A stretch of DNA of 64,000 nt from Eledone cirrhosa (lineage: Eukaryota), in contig OZ024745.1 of NCBI GenBank assembly GCA_964016885.1, positions 36,456,001 through 36,520,000 on the forward strand, given 5' to 3'. Below the pieces are notes generated by a model. It was not told where the DNA came from and ran no database searches. It saw nothing but the letters and a program-made list of their open reading frames with translations. Positions 1 to 12,114 of the stretch are shown here, one piece after another (the first letter of the stretch is position 1; every line of letters starts with the position of its first letter). A program made the translations under genes and the position numbers.

Positions 1-678
1 AGTGAGTCACAGTGAATAAAAGTAAGAAATCAGAAATTGAACTCATGAAACTTATAGTCCTAAAATATTAACATGTCCACTGCGATTGCTCTACAAACAC
101 TTTGATTCTGTTTTTCCATTTTGAATCTAATAATTGTCAATCAAATGTTTCTTAAAGTTATATAGTTTATTCCTTTCAACATAGCTTCATTGAACTAGTA
201 ATTATATTACCGAAGATTGTTTAAGCAAAAGAGATCATTGTGTTAACACATATTCAATGAAAGACTGAGTAAAACGGTCGCCAGCTACTACACACAAGTT
301 ATATTAGCGCTCGAGGAAGGCACACGTTTGAAGTAGAATAAAAATTCAATTTCTGAAATAATAAATTAAAAACAAAACATGACGTAGAGGATTCGATATG
401 ATTTCATAAGAACAAAAAGTATTTGATTAACGGAGAAATAGAACGAAATGCGTAAATAGTTGGATAAAGTAAAAGAGGAGAGAGAAGGAGAGAGAATGTT
501 TGCAGTGGTTAAATAATGTTTCTTACTATTATTGGTACTAAAACGTTGCATTGCGTGGCGTTGAATGATAATATTTGCTCTTGTGGAGATCACTTATTAA
601 TTTAGTGTAACCGCTTTTAACATAGTTTAGCTATTGGCAGTTAGATTGTAATATAGAATGATACCAGAAATCACACAG

Positions 679-741
<63 letters not shown>

Positions 742-1439
742 ACTGTGTGTGTGTATGTTGTGTTCTATAATGTGAATTATGCAGTAAAACTCGTTAATAG
801 GGATAAATCAATCTCCTATGCGGAGAAATGGAATCTGACCTTTCGATGCTCTCCGTTTTTTGTTTTTTTTTGTAAGTAAGAGAAACATATACATCTTCTG
901 TGAATAGAAAAATAAACAAAATATACCTAATTTTTTCTTCAAAATCCCTTGTGTACAGTTTCGTCGAGTGGGATGCAGCCAGAGTAGAACTAAAGTGCAC
1001 AGGGGCCGTGAGGCTATCGGCTTATCAAGAGATCTCTCAATGGAAGGACATTCCTGAACTATCTGCGACCAGTGCAAATTTCTGAGGGGTAGGGTGGGGC
1101 AATTATCACGCGGTATAACGGTCCCAGAAGGGGCTGAATGGTGGACGTTTCGTGAGTAATATATTTGCTAGACGAAGCAGCCAGTAAGGGACTTGAGATA
1201 AAATAATAAAATACACATACATATAAATATATAAGTATAAACACACACACACACATACATACATATTTATATATATATATATGTGTGTGTGTGCTATCCC
1301 TCCTTTACCAGTTTTGCTCGATGCATGAGAGAGTTAAATCCGAAGTAAATAAGAGCTATATAACAATCATGAATGTCAAGAGGAAATAGATAAAATATAC
1401 CTAATTTCTTTCTTCAATGATAGATACATATATATATAT

Positions 1440-2049
1440 GGTGGCTGCCAACTCGTTTTCGAGTACGGCCACTACTTCATATCCATGTAGGAGAACCCCT
1501 ACTGATGCGCTGAACGAGTGTGACTTTTTAGTCCAGCCAGCGACTTGAAAACTCTGGTACAAACACTGCACTTGTGACAATTATTGACACATATTGCTGG
1601 GCCCATGGTACCATGTGACGACAAGTGCAGAGAGATCTCCAGATATAAAGCAATGCCTGTGCCGTGAAGCTTTTATAGTGAGCAAAGGCACTGCACAAAG
1701 CCAGTCCCACTCTCTTAACCAAGATGATATTTACCAAAAAGAATAACAAGTCAACATCATTGGATACTATCAGGGTTGCAGGTGTTATATCAGAGTTTTC
1801 CTTCTCCTAGAATTCTGCCTTGACAAAGGCTAAGGGGTCATCTCTCCCGGTGATTTTGGATGGCCATTGACTCTGAAGAGCTCCTTTGCTCTTTGACAGG
1901 TTTTGGTTTTAGTCCTGCAGGATGTCCAAAGTCACCCTCCTCACCAAGAAACCTTGGTGGGGTTGCCAGTTTAGTCGCCAATGACCCGACCATGAGACAG
2001 GTTGTACTGGGATACATGTTACCAGTAGCACCAACTGGTGACCTAACAT
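1440..2049 (-). mobile_element. Non-autonomous bipartite RTE-derived element, family D, copy 1
   Basis: Reverse complement of 25301-25908. It has an RTE-like 5' UTR block, a C2H2-finger remnant and a 3' hairpin ACTCG-AAAA-CGAGT. Flanked by (TA)n. Confidence 0.75.
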
Positions 2050-2084
2050 ATATATATATATATATATATACATAGATACACACA

Positions 2085-2150
<66 letters not shown>

Positions 2151-2190
2151 ATATTAACAAATAGAAACTATATTTATAAAACCATATTTA

Positions 2191-2252
2191 TTTCATTATA
2201 GATATTTCGAGGGCCACCAGAGCAAACTATGGTGCGCTTTCATAAGATAAAA
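2191..2252 (-). ncRNA. Degenerate type I hammerhead motif (core CUUAUGA)
   Basis: Minus strand: UUUUAU CUUAUGA ... GAA AUAUCUAU A AUGAAA. Same layout as the intact motif at 43698-43759, but G5 is mutated. Confidence 0.5.
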
Positions 2253-2326
2253 TATAATATAGGTTAGTTTTATAAATAAATATTGACATACCCTTCAAAA
2301 ATGCAACCTATTTTTTAAGGGTATAT

Positions 2327-2429
2327 CAAGCCGTTTCGATAGCAATTTCCTATTACCCACTCTACTACCCTAAGTATTGAGTACTCTGGTGCGTTATGGT
2401 CCACCTGGTTCCTTCCCACACTTCCTTCG

Positions 2430-2432
<3 letters not shown>
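2327..2432 (+). mobile_element. 3' terminal fragment of the family A PLE pLTR
   Basis: Matches the last ~85 bp of the pLTR (9178-9262) and ends CTTCGTTA into (TA)n. Preceded by a short inverted piece CAAGCCGTTTCGA. Confidence 0.75.
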
Positions 2433-2502
<70 letters not shown>

Positions 2503-3800
2503 AACAAGTAAGACCCCCTACGGCTGAGCTCAAGCCGTTTTGACGGCTAATTCTGGACTGAATGAAAATTTATTCTGGTATTTAAATAGCCGAGCTTATC
2601 AAGGGGTAATTCCATATATGGTCAAAGAGATAATCACCAGGATTGGTCACATCACAAGTTAGTAGTAAATCTGTGATTGCAAATTGGTGGGGGAAACTAG
2701 ACTTGCCGGTAGGAGAAAAAGGGAGAGGGGGTGGAGTAGACCCATTCATGCGTTGGTAGTGCCGGCTACAGCTGGGCGTGAGGCCAAAGAGGATACTGGG
2801 GTGGGAGAGGGGGAGGAAGCCGAAACGGTAAGTAGAACAATGAGGGTAAAACTATAAAAAGTACTGAGAGAGAAATAAAATAAAGCAAAGTCTGGTTACT
2901 AAGACTTAAGTCTCTCGCTATTGCTAGGCTAAAGAAATACATAAATAAATAAATAAACAGATAAGTGAATAAAAGAATAGATAAATAAATTTAAAAATAA
3001 AAAGTAAATAAAAAAAAATATAAAATGAAGAATAAAAAAATAAATAATAATAATAAAAATAAACTAGGTGGGACGGAAATAAAGGGACCCTTATACGAGG
3101 TATAAGTGCGTGTATCGTACGGTGAGGGGTAAAAAAAAGGGGGGGGGGGGCAAAATACTAAAGAGACTAACACGAAATAATAAAGGTTTCTACCCCAATC
3201 ACAGGGCCAGCAACCAGCCAGTGCAAGAAAGTAAACTAGTACGAGAATCTAATTCAGGGTCCCGCAAAAAAATACTAGTGCTAACTCTAAGGGTACCGCC
3301 ACGAAACAAAAGGTCTTATACAAGCTACATGAAAGATCGTACGAAGTAAAAGTAAAGAACGGAAAATTAATACAGAAACACCCCACCCCCCCCCCCAAAA
3401 AAAAAGGGAAAAAGAAGAAAGAAATACTGGATAAACGAGAAATTAAAGCAAAGATGCCACTAAGAAATATAGAAGGCACGGAAAAAAGGGACAGGGGTCA
3501 GAGAAGGGGGCAAGTATCCGAAGTCTAACACCTCTGCTATAAAAAGCGGAGTCAGCCAAATCTATCATAGAATAGGGGAGGGGGTGGGGGTGCTGAAGCT
3601 ACAAGGGACCGAGGGGCTACCTCGGGTGGGCGAGAAAAAGACGACGGCAAAGAAAAGGAACTGGGGTAGAAGGACTAGGGAGGGATGGGGGAAGGAGGAA
3701 ATATAGAGGAAGCGATAAAAGAATGTGAAAGAAGATCTTACGTCTCCATTGGCAAGCAGAGGTTACCCATTACAAAATAGGCAAGTGGGGTGTTATAGCC

Positions 3801-5093
3801 CTAGTCTACCCCCCCCCCCCCCCCCGGGTCATTATGGGGTTTGAGGGCGAGGTAAGTCCTACGTAATCGGTGTTTACATGCAGTAACCATTTCATCGTTC
3901 TTGTTTAGGAGTTGGTCCGTCGAAAACAGCATTTGTAAAGTTTCCTCCGAGCATAAATTGCACGGACGGCGTCCTCCCGTGTAAGAGTTGGCTCTGGACA
4001 GTAATTTCCAATTGAGATCATAGTTGATGTTGTTGTCCTTGAGGTGCCATATGTGGCCCGAAATTGTAGTGGCGTGACGCCGGGCCGGGTTTCGGAAGGT
4101 ATGTCTGTGTTGGTATAGCCGGGTCTTGAAGTCACATGCGGTTAATCCTATATAAGCTTTGTTGGAGGTGTCCGTGCTCACGTTGCACTGGTAGATCACA
4201 TTACGGTCTCTGCATCTGTTGTCGAGGGGGCAACTGGATCTATCAGGCCTGGTCGGCTCTCCACTGCTATTTAGGTTGTTTCTTCCATCGGGGTTGAGTT
4301 TTTTGTTGTTGGAGGAGATGATGTGTTGTGCGAAGTTAGGTGTGGTGCTGTAAGAGAGTTTGATGGTATTTTTGTTAATTATGTTGTGATAGCGGTGTTG
4401 TGGTGGGAAGTGTTTTTCAATGAGCCTAAAGAAAATTTTCCTGATGGGAGTTGTCACCTCGGCGTTGTGGGGAGGATTGAACCATGTTACATTGCGTGAG
4501 CGGCGGCGTCGCCTGCTGGTTCCGCTAATGGGAGCTGGACAGTAGGATATATCCTCCCGGAAACCACTCCGCTTGAGGGCCTGGTTGTAGTAAGGCGCAT
4601 GTTCATCGAATATCTTCTCATTAGCTGACAAACGGGATATGCGGAGAGAGATGTTTTTGACCAGGTTGTTGGTGATGTTCCTAGGATGGTTAGATCGGCG
4701 GTGGATGTAGTGCAGGTTGTCATTGGGTTTCCTGTATGGGTAGTACAGGTCATTATTGAGATCGAGGGTAACGTCCAGGAAATTAACTCGGGTCAGGGAC
4801 GTTTGTAGGGTTATTTTAAATCCCCAGTCGCGGAAGAAGCTGATTAATTGTTTACGGACCCGATCTGTACTACTGGGGTTGTACCCTTTAAAGGTAAGGA
4901 GCCCATCATCACGGTACAATCCACCACCGAAAGCAGGAAACATATCGGTGAGTTTGGCTATAAGGAATAATCCTATAAGATCTGTGACCTCCGCCGAATC
5001 CGTAGCGCCCATGCTGACGTCGAAGGGTGAGTCGGGAGCTCTTTTTATCCATTTGGAGTTGTCAAAGAGTAAGACTGTCTTCCTGGCGTGGAG
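3801..5093 (-). CDS. PLE RT/GIY-YIG polyprotein, 5'-truncated but uninterrupted (inverted arm)
   Basis: Frame is open from the inversion junction (LHARKTVLLF..) to the stop at 3801. Contains FDVSMGATDSAEV, YRDD, NFLDVTLDL, YRKPN, SNHP and the endonuclease domain. Confidence 0.88.
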   Translation of the reverse strand, partial: LHARKTVLLFDNSKWIKRAPDSPFDVSMGATDSAEVTDLIGLFLIAKLTDMFPAFGGGLYRDDGLLTFKGYNPSSTDRVRKQLISFFRDWGFKITLQTSLTRVNFLDVTLDLNNDLYYPYRKPNDNLHYIHRRSNHPRNITNNLVKNISLRISRLSANEKIFDEHAPYYNQALKRSGFREDISYCPAPISGTSRRRRRSRNVTWFNPPHNAEVTTPIRKIFFRLIEKHFPPQHRYHNIINKNTIKLSYSTTPNFAQHIISSNNKKLNPDGRNNLNSSGEPTRPDRSSCPLDNRCRDRNVIYQCNVSTDTSNKAYIGLTACDFKTRLYQHRHTFRNPARRHATTISGHIWHLKDNNINYDLNWKLLSRANSYTGGRRPCNLCSEETLQMLFSTDQLLNKNDEMVTACKHRLRRTYLALKPHNDPGGGGGVD

Positions 5094-5095
5094 GA

Positions 5096-5647
5096 TTTAC
5101 TTGTTTATTTATTTATTTATTTATGTATTTCTTTAGCCTAGCAATAGCGAGAGACTTAAGTCTTAGTAACCAGACTTTGCTTTATTTTTTTTCTCTCTCA
5201 GTACTTTTTATAGTTTTACCCTCATTGTTCTACTTACCGTTTCGGCTTCCTCCCCCTCCCCCTCCCCAGTATCCTCTTTGACCTCACGCCCCGCTGTTGC
5301 CGGCACTACCAACGCATGAATGGGTCTATTCCACCCCCTCTCCCTTTTTCTCCTACCGGCAAGTCTAGTTTCACCCACCAATTTGCAATCACAGATTTAC
5401 TACTAACTTGTGATGTGACCAAAACTGGTGATTATCTCTTTGACCATATATGGAATTACCCCTTGATAAGCTCGGCTATTTAAATACCAGAATAAATTTT
5501 GCATTCCGTCCAGAATTAGCCGTCGAAACGGCTTGAGCTCAGCCGTCGGGGTCTTACTTGTTCCTATTACCCACTCTACTACCCTAAATATTGAGTACTT
5601 TGGTGCGTTACGGTCCACCTGGTTCCTTACCACATTTCCTTCGTTAT
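5096..5647 (+). repeat. 5' pseudo-LTR of the PLE
   Basis: Direct repeat of ~8710-9262, immediately upstream of the ORF leader. Confidence 0.88.
5458..5552 (+). ncRNA. Type I hammerhead ribozyme, U3-A8 core variant (5' pLTR)
   Basis: Stem I ACCCC/GGGGU, core UUGAUAA, stem II G..CGGCUA/UAGCCG.C, GAA, stem III ACGGCU/AGCCGU. GUC site at 5545-5547. Confidence 0.8.
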
Positions 5648-5737
5648 CTAGCTCCTATCCCCGTAGTAGAGCATTTTACGACCCTACCACGCCGTATCCA
5701 GACTTTTCCGCTAAGCTCAATTTCTTTCACCCGCACC

Positions 5738-7876
5738 ATGTGAAAACACAACATCGACTTCTCTACCAAGAATATCCCAACCCACCGAAAAAACTTTACC
5801 TTCGGATGCTCACGCAAAAAATCGATCTATTTGCGAATAGACTTAGATGGAGAACTTTTTTCTACGACAGATTTTGCGACAATCAGGACTTCGGTACCAA
5901 GGAGAGATTCGGATTTATTACCTACAAATCCCCCCCCCCCGAACCCTTTACTCTCACCCTTCGAGAATGACCTCTTCCAACTGGTCAAGAACGTTAAATT
6001 CAAACGCAGACACAACCGATACCTACAAAAACTCCGTAGCAACTTAACAGAGTATGATAACACCAATGACATCATGGCGCATTCGGATAAAACTGAGAAC
6101 CTATACTTTGTCAACCCCGACAGATACCACACACTGATCAGGAGCAGCCTAAACTCCACCTATAAAACGGCTAACCACTCATGCGTCGAGGACATTAATC
6201 GAGATGGACAACAAATTACCTCCAGCCTCGGGGTCGCCGACCGCACCGAACCCCTAGCCCCACGGACACCCTACTTCACACTGAAGGACCACAGATCCGA
6301 TTTCGACCGTAAACCATCTATCAGGCTTATAAACCCAACGAAGTCCGACATAGGGAGAATCAGCAAAAAATCCTAGACCGCGTGATACCAAGAGTCAAGC
6401 AACACGCCCGACTTAGCCTATGGATCAACACCCAGGAAGTTATCTCATGGTTCAGCAATATGGAGGATAAACGAGACACTAAATTTATCCAGTTCGACAT
6501 AGAGAGCTACTATGCTTCAATCACCTTACTGCTACTTACTGCCGCCTTGGACTTCGCCGAAGCACTTGTGCCCATCACCGACCAGGAAAGAAAAATCCTC
6601 CTCCACGCTAGGAAGACAGTCTTACTCTTTGACAACTCCAAATGGATAAAAAGAGCTCCCGACTCACCCTTCGACGTCAGCATGGGCGCTACTGATTCGG
6701 CGGAGGTCACAGATCTTATAGGATTATTCCTTATAGCCAAATTCACCGATATGTTTCCTGCTTTCGGTGGTGGATTGTACCGTGATTATGGGCTCCTTAC
6801 CCTTAAAGGGTACAGCCCCAGTAGTACAGATTGGGTCCGTACACAATTAATCAGCTTCTTCCGCGACTGGGGATTTAAAATAACCCTACAAACGTCCCTG
6901 ACCCGAGTTAATTTCCTGGACGTTACCCTCCATCTCAATAATGACCTGTACTACCCATACAGGAAACCCAATGAAAACCTGCACTATATCCACCGCCGAT
7001 CTACCATCCTAGGAACATCACCAACAACCTGGTCAAAAACATCTCCCTCCGAATATCCCGTTGTCAGCCAATGAGAAGATATTCGATGAACATGCGCCTT
7101 ACTACAATCAGGCCCTCAAGCGGAGTGGTTTCCGGGAGGATATATCCTACTGTCCAGCTCCCATTAGCGGAACCAGCAGGCGACACCGCCGCTCACGCAA
7201 TGTAACATGGTTCAATCCTCCCCACAACGCCGAGGTGACAACTCCCATCGGGAAAATTTTCTTTAGGCTCATTGAAAAACACTTCCCACCACAACACCGC
7301 TACCACAACATAATTAACAAAAATACTATCAAACTCTCTTACAGCACCACACCTAACTTCGCACAACACATCCTATCCTCCAACAACAAAAAACTCAACC
7401 CCGATGGAAGAAACAACCTAAATAGCAGTGGAGAGCCGACCAGGCCTGATAGATCCAGTTGCCCCCTCGACAACAGATGCAGAGACCGTAATGTGATCTA
7501 CCAGTGCAACGTGAGCACGGACACCTCCAACAAAGCTTATATAGGATTAACCGCATGTGACTTCAAGACCCGGCTATACCAACACAGACATACCTTCCGA
7601 AACCCGGCCCGGCGTCACGCCACTACAATTTCGGGCCACATATGGCACCTCAAGGACAACAACATCAACTATGATCTCAATTGGAAATTACTGTCCAGAG
7701 CCAACTCTTACACGGGAGGACGCCGTCCGTGCAATTTATGCTCGGAGGAAACTTTACAAATGCTGTTTTCGACGGACCAACTCCTAAACAAGAACGATGA
7801 AATGGTTACTGCATGTAAACACCGATTACGTAGGACTTACCTCGCCCTCAAACCCCATAATGACCCGGGGGGGTAG
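5738..7876 (+). pseudogene. Full-length PLE RT/GIY-YIG ORF, disrupted
   Basis: GCACCATG at 5738 is followed by TGA. Motifs FSTKNIP, RLRWRTFF, SDKTENLY, YFTLKDH, RLINPTKSDIGRISK and FDIESYY lie in successive frames. Frameshifts near 5780, 5940, 6370 and 7000-7060. Catalytic YRDD reads YRDY. Confidence 0.88.
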
Positions 7877-8709
7877 ACTAGGGCTATAACACCCCACTTG
7901 CCTATTTTGTAATGGGTAACCCCTGCTTGCCAATGGAGACGTAAGATCTTCTTTCACATTCTTTTATCGCTTCCTCTATATTTCCTCCTTCCCCCATCCC
8001 TCCCTAGTCCTTCTACCCCAGTTCCTTTTCTTTGCCGTCGTCTTTTTCTCGCCCACCCGAGGTAGCCCCTCGGTCCCTTGTAGCTTCAGCACCCCCACCC
8101 CCTCCCCTATTCTATGATAGATTTGGCTGACTCCGCTTTTTATAGCAGAGGTGTTAGACTTCGGATACTTGCCCCCTTCTCTGACCCCTGTCCCTTTTTT
8201 CCGTGCCTTCTATATTTCTTAGTGGCATCTTTGCTTTAATTTCTCGTTTATCCAGTATTTCTTTCTTCTTTTTCCCTTTTTTTTTTGGGGGGGGGGTGTT
8301 TCTGTATTAATTTTCCGTTCTTTACTTTTACTTCGTACGATCTTTCATGTAGCTTGTATAAGACCTTTTGTTTCGTGGCGGTACCCTTAGAGTTAGCACT
8401 AGTATTTTTTTGCGGGACCCTGAATTAGATTCTCGTACTAGTTTACTTTCTTGCACTGGCTGGTTGCTGGCCCTGTGATTGGGGTAGAAACCTTTATTAT
8501 TTCGTGTTAGTCTCTTTAGTATTTTGCCCCCCCCCCCTTTTCTTTGACCCCTCACCGTACGATACACGCACTTATACCTCGTATAAGGGTCCCTTTATTT
8601 CCGTCCCACCTAGTTTATTTTTATTATTATTATTTATTTTTTTATTCTTCATTTTATATTTTTTTTTATTTATTTTTTATTTTTAAATTTATTTATCTAT
8701 TCTTTTATT

Positions 8710-9260
8710 CACTTATCTGTTTATTTATTTATTTATGTATTTCTTTAGCCTAGCAATAGCGAGAGACTTAAGTCTTAGTAACCAGACTTTGCTTATTTTA
8801 TTTCTCTCTCAGTACTTTTTATAGTTTTACCCTCATTGTTCTACTTACCGTTTCGACTTCCTCCCCCTCCCCCTCCCTAGTATCCTCTTTGAGCTCACGC
8901 CCCGCTGTAGCCGGCACTACCAACGCATGAATGGGTTTACTCCACCCCCTCTCCCTTTTTCTCCTACCGGCAGGTCTAGCTACCCCTTCCCCCACGAATT
9001 TGCCATCACAGATTTACTACTAACTTGTGATGTGACCAATCCTGGTGATTATCTCTTTGACCATATATGGAATTACCCCTTGATAAGCTCGGCTATTTAA
9101 ATACCAGAATAAATTTTCATTCAGTCCAGAATTAGCCGTCGAAACGGCTTGAGCTCAGCCGTCAGGGTCTTACTTGTTCCTATTACACACTCTACTACCC
9201 TAAGTATTGAGTGCTTTGGTGCGTTACGGTCCACCTGGTTCCTTACCACATTTCCTTCGT

Positions 9261-9262
<2 letters not shown>
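8710..9262 (+). repeat. 3' pseudo-LTR of the PLE
   Basis: Repeat of 5096-5647; ends CCTTCGTTA into (TA)n. Confidence 0.88.
9075..9168 (+). ncRNA. Type I hammerhead, U3-A8 variant (3' pLTR)
   Basis: Same fold as 5458-5552, but the first stem I pair is mismatched (AGGGU). The minus-strand copy at ~2513-2608 has GAAA mutated to AAAA. Confidence 0.7.
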
Positions 9263-9285
<23 letters not shown>

Positions 9286-9291
<6 letters not shown>

Positions 9292-9838
9292 TACCTGCAG
9301 TATTTTTCTCCATATTTTATTACATATATTTACCCAAACTGCGATTCTGTGTTTTTCTCTCTCTCTCTTACTGCTCCCCCATTCTCTCTGTTTCTCCTAC
9401 CTTCTTTCGCCCCCTCTGTCGTGTCAGTTAACTCTTCCTCACACTTTCACTCACTCACTGTTTCTCCTCTCTTCAATTCATCCTGTACACCACGAAGGCT
9501 ATTTTTCTCTCTTCTCATATGGCCATCGTTCGTGTCAGGTCTTTTTTCTAAAGCGCTCATATATTCACCTAGCTTATGCTAAACAGAATAATTATGAAGC
9601 TTGTTTCATTCCCCTACGGTTAGCTATACTCTTTGTTGTTCTCCTGTCTCACTCGCTTTACGCGTTTTAATTGTCCTAATAACTTATTTTAGTTATTATT
9701 GCACCGACGTGAGGTATATGATTTTTAATGCAATGAAATATCTATGATCGTCGGCAAATCACTGATGAGGGACTCATTTTATTACATGTTATCCATGCGC
9801 TACCTGCAGTATTTTTCTCCATATTTTATTACATATAT
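9286..9838 (+). mobile_element. Non-coding family C element: ~509 bp monomer plus ~44 bp terminal redundancy
   Basis: ATGCGCTACCTGCAGTATTTTTCTCCATATTTTATTACATATAT occurs at 9286 and 9795. Between (TA)n tracts. Homologous to 28149-29170 and 26796-26988. Confidence 0.75.
9704..9768 (+). ncRNA. Candidate permuted hammerhead with kink-turn (family C, copy 1)
   Basis: CCGACG UGA GGUAU A UGAUUU..GAA AUAUC UAU GA U CGUCGG C AAAUCA CUGAUGA. See findings. Confidence 0.6.
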
Positions 9839-9850
9839 ATATATATATAC

Positions 9851-10996
9851 ACTACGCAACATTCTCGAACAAGATGTTGAGCTACAGCAGCCTTTGGTGG
9901 TCAATTTTATTGATTTCCAGAAGGCATTCGACAGTGTACACCGGGAGTCGCTGTGGAATGTTGCGCAACTGTATGGCATTCCTGCAAGATTCATCGCCAT
10001 TTTCAAGGCCCTGTATGAAAACTCCAGCTGCTGCATGCGGACTGAGTCCAGTGTGACGCAGTTCTTTGACATTGTCTCCGGAGTCAGACAGGGTTGCATT
10101 GTCTCTCCACTGTTGTTCCTGCTGGCAGCCGATTTCATACTAAGGTGAAAGGATGAAGGACCCGGTCAACGAATCCAATGGAGAGGGCAGTCGAGGCTGA
10201 GGGACCTGGCATTCGCCGACGACATCGCTTTGATCGCTGAAAACAGTGCAGATCTGCAGTCCCTCACAACATCCCTACAAGAGACTGCGGAAAAGATCGG
10301 CCTGAGAATCAACACCAAAAAGACCAAGGTCATGAAAACGGCCAGCAACACAGGTCCTGTGATCAGAGTCAACCAATAGGACCTCGAGGAAGTCAATCAC
10401 TTCACCTATCTGGGCAGCATCCTGACAAGTAGCGGTGACGCGGAGCTCGACATCAACTGTCGGATCGGCAAAGGAGCCCAGTTTTCCAGCGGCTGTGCTC
10501 AGTCTGGTCGTTTTCATGCATTAGCACCAAGACCAAGCTCCGCCTGTACAAGAGCATCGTTCTGCCGACAGTGCTTTATGCTAGTGAGACCTGGAAGAGT
10601 ACGGCAAAAATAGAGAGACGGCTGAACGCTTTCCACCAGCGGTGCCTGCGAAGGATCATTCGTGTGTCCTGGCGCGACTGAGTGCGAAACGAGGAGATCC
10701 TGTGAAGAGCCGAGTCGTGGACGCTACAGAGAGTGGTCACAGAGCGTCAGTGCCGTCTTGCTGGCCATATTCTGCGGCATTCGAAACGGCATTCGAAAAC
10801 AGCGATGAACTGGACTCCGCCTGGCGGTAAACGGAGGCGGAGTTGCCCAAGGATCACCTGGAGACGAACGTTCCGGAAGGAACTGATGGCAGCCAACATC
10901 ACCTGGCACGGTCTCGAAAAGGTTGCCGCTGAATCGTGACCGTTGGCGAGTACTTACTACTCGATGCGCCAAACGGCGCGGAAGAATCTAAGACTA

Positions 10997-10999
<3 letters not shown>
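9851..10999 (+). pseudogene. 5'-truncated RTE-clade LINE (RT and C-terminus) with CTAAGA tail
   Basis: Motifs FIDFQKAFDSV, GVRQGCIVSPLLF, LAFADDIAL, GLRINTKKTKVM, FTYLGS and RLAGHILR. In-frame stops at 10146 and ~10377. Ends ATCTAAGACTAAGA then (TA)n. Confidence 0.9.
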
Positions 11000-11056
<57 letters not shown>

Positions 11057-11060
<4 letters not shown>

Positions 11061-11275
11061 TTATTAAAATAACAGATTAAAGTTGAAGCAAAGAATCGCT
11101 GCTTTCACCCTTAACGGGATCATCTGATGTTAAGGGTGAAAGCAGCGATTCTTTCCTTAAACTTTAATCTGTTATGTTAATAAATATTTGCTCTACGGTT
11201 CTTATATATTTGATATATATTTATCCTTATCGAGCCTTCTTTCGATTTTAGTCTTCAAATTTATTATTATTACTA
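11057..11275 (+). mobile_element. Family B fold-back mini-element with HHR remnant
   Basis: The inverted arm 11057-~11128 reads CAGAUGA UCCC GUUAA GGGU GAAAGCA on the minus strand; the forward arm runs to ATTATTAC. Other copies at 19337-19513, 34131-34375 and 44121-44222. Confidence 0.75.
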
Positions 11276-11289
11276 TATATATATATATT

Positions 11290-11383
<94 letters not shown>

Positions 11384-11403
11384 AGGGAGAGAGAGACAGA
11401 GAC

Positions 11404-11469
<66 letters not shown>

Positions 11470-12011
11470 TGATCGGAGGGTATCGAAAAGGAGATAACAT
11501 CGGAAGTGTGTGTAGATGTTTGTGGAGTGTTGGTACAGGAGTATACACTTATTTTATATGTATTTTTTAATCTATGTTTGCATCAATATCTTTATCAAAT
11601 AGTATCTTCACAGAGAGCATTATATTTTGTAAAGTATTTAGCATCCAGAGGACACTTATCTGTGTTAGGGAAGTGTCATTATATTAGTCAGTTTTCCGAA
11701 TTGGAACGTGTCGCATATTTTCTATTGGTTCTAAACAGCATGTCAACAAAATTTTCAGAACAATTCTAACTAACCCTAAGATAGTTTTTGAAGTTTTTTT
11801 TTTTTAGTTAAGGCTGGTCTAGAAGAAATGTTTTTTTAATAGGATTAGAAAGGATCGTGTGGTATTACAGACGCCATGTAATCGTTATTTCCTTTTTTGT
11901 ATCGGGAGTTGTCTTTGTATGACAAGTATTTTAAAAACGTCAGCAATATAGGCAACATTATATTCTGCAAAGAAAGCCATAGAGGTTACTAATATTAGGT
12001 TTACTAATATT

Positions 12012-12114
12012 AGCATAGTTAGGTCCCTTTACGGTCTGATTTCAAATCCCGTCGAGGTTAACTTTGCCTTTCATCCTTACAGGGTCGATAAAATAAAATA
12101 CCATTAATGCACTG
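12012..12114 (+). mobile_element. tRNA-derived SINE fragment
   Basis: Box B-like sequence plus central domain TTTGCCTTTCATCCTTACAGGGTCGATAAAATAAA. Same family as 14621-14806. Confidence 0.75.

Larger units (their letters stand above)
2501..9262 (+). mobile_element. Penelope-like retroelement (EN+, Hydra-clade-like): inverted 5'-truncated copy, pLTR, ORF, pLTR; inserted in (TA)n
   Basis: 2501-~5095 is the reverse complement of ~6597-9180. Direct pLTR repeats at ~5096-5647 and ~8710-9262. RT motif GLYRDDGL and a C-terminal GIY-YIG-type domain (VIYQC..YIG..FKTR..H..CNLC..E..LLNK..CKH). (TA)n on both flanks. Confidence 0.93.

Noticed and set aside
1925-1992. HDV-like or twister ribozyme in the family D leader
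   Set aside because: Partial resemblance only (GUCA CCC UCCUC..GCCAA UGAC). It is antisense to the element, L3 is too long and I found no P1.
5738-5743. In-frame TGA in the PLE ORF as selenocysteine
   Set aside because: A single TGA at codon 2 in an otherwise frameshifted copy; the intact arm uses normal Cys codons.
4756-6746. Antisense ORFs overlapping the PLE
   Set aside because: Shadow frames of the RT coding sequence with no independent motifs.
9704-9768. SECIS element or box C/D snoRNA reading of the family C K-turn
   Set aside because: The bulged strand is on the 3' side and there is no 11-12 bp helix with apical AA above the GA quartet. There is no upstream UGA-containing ORF and no terminal C/D box pair with guides.
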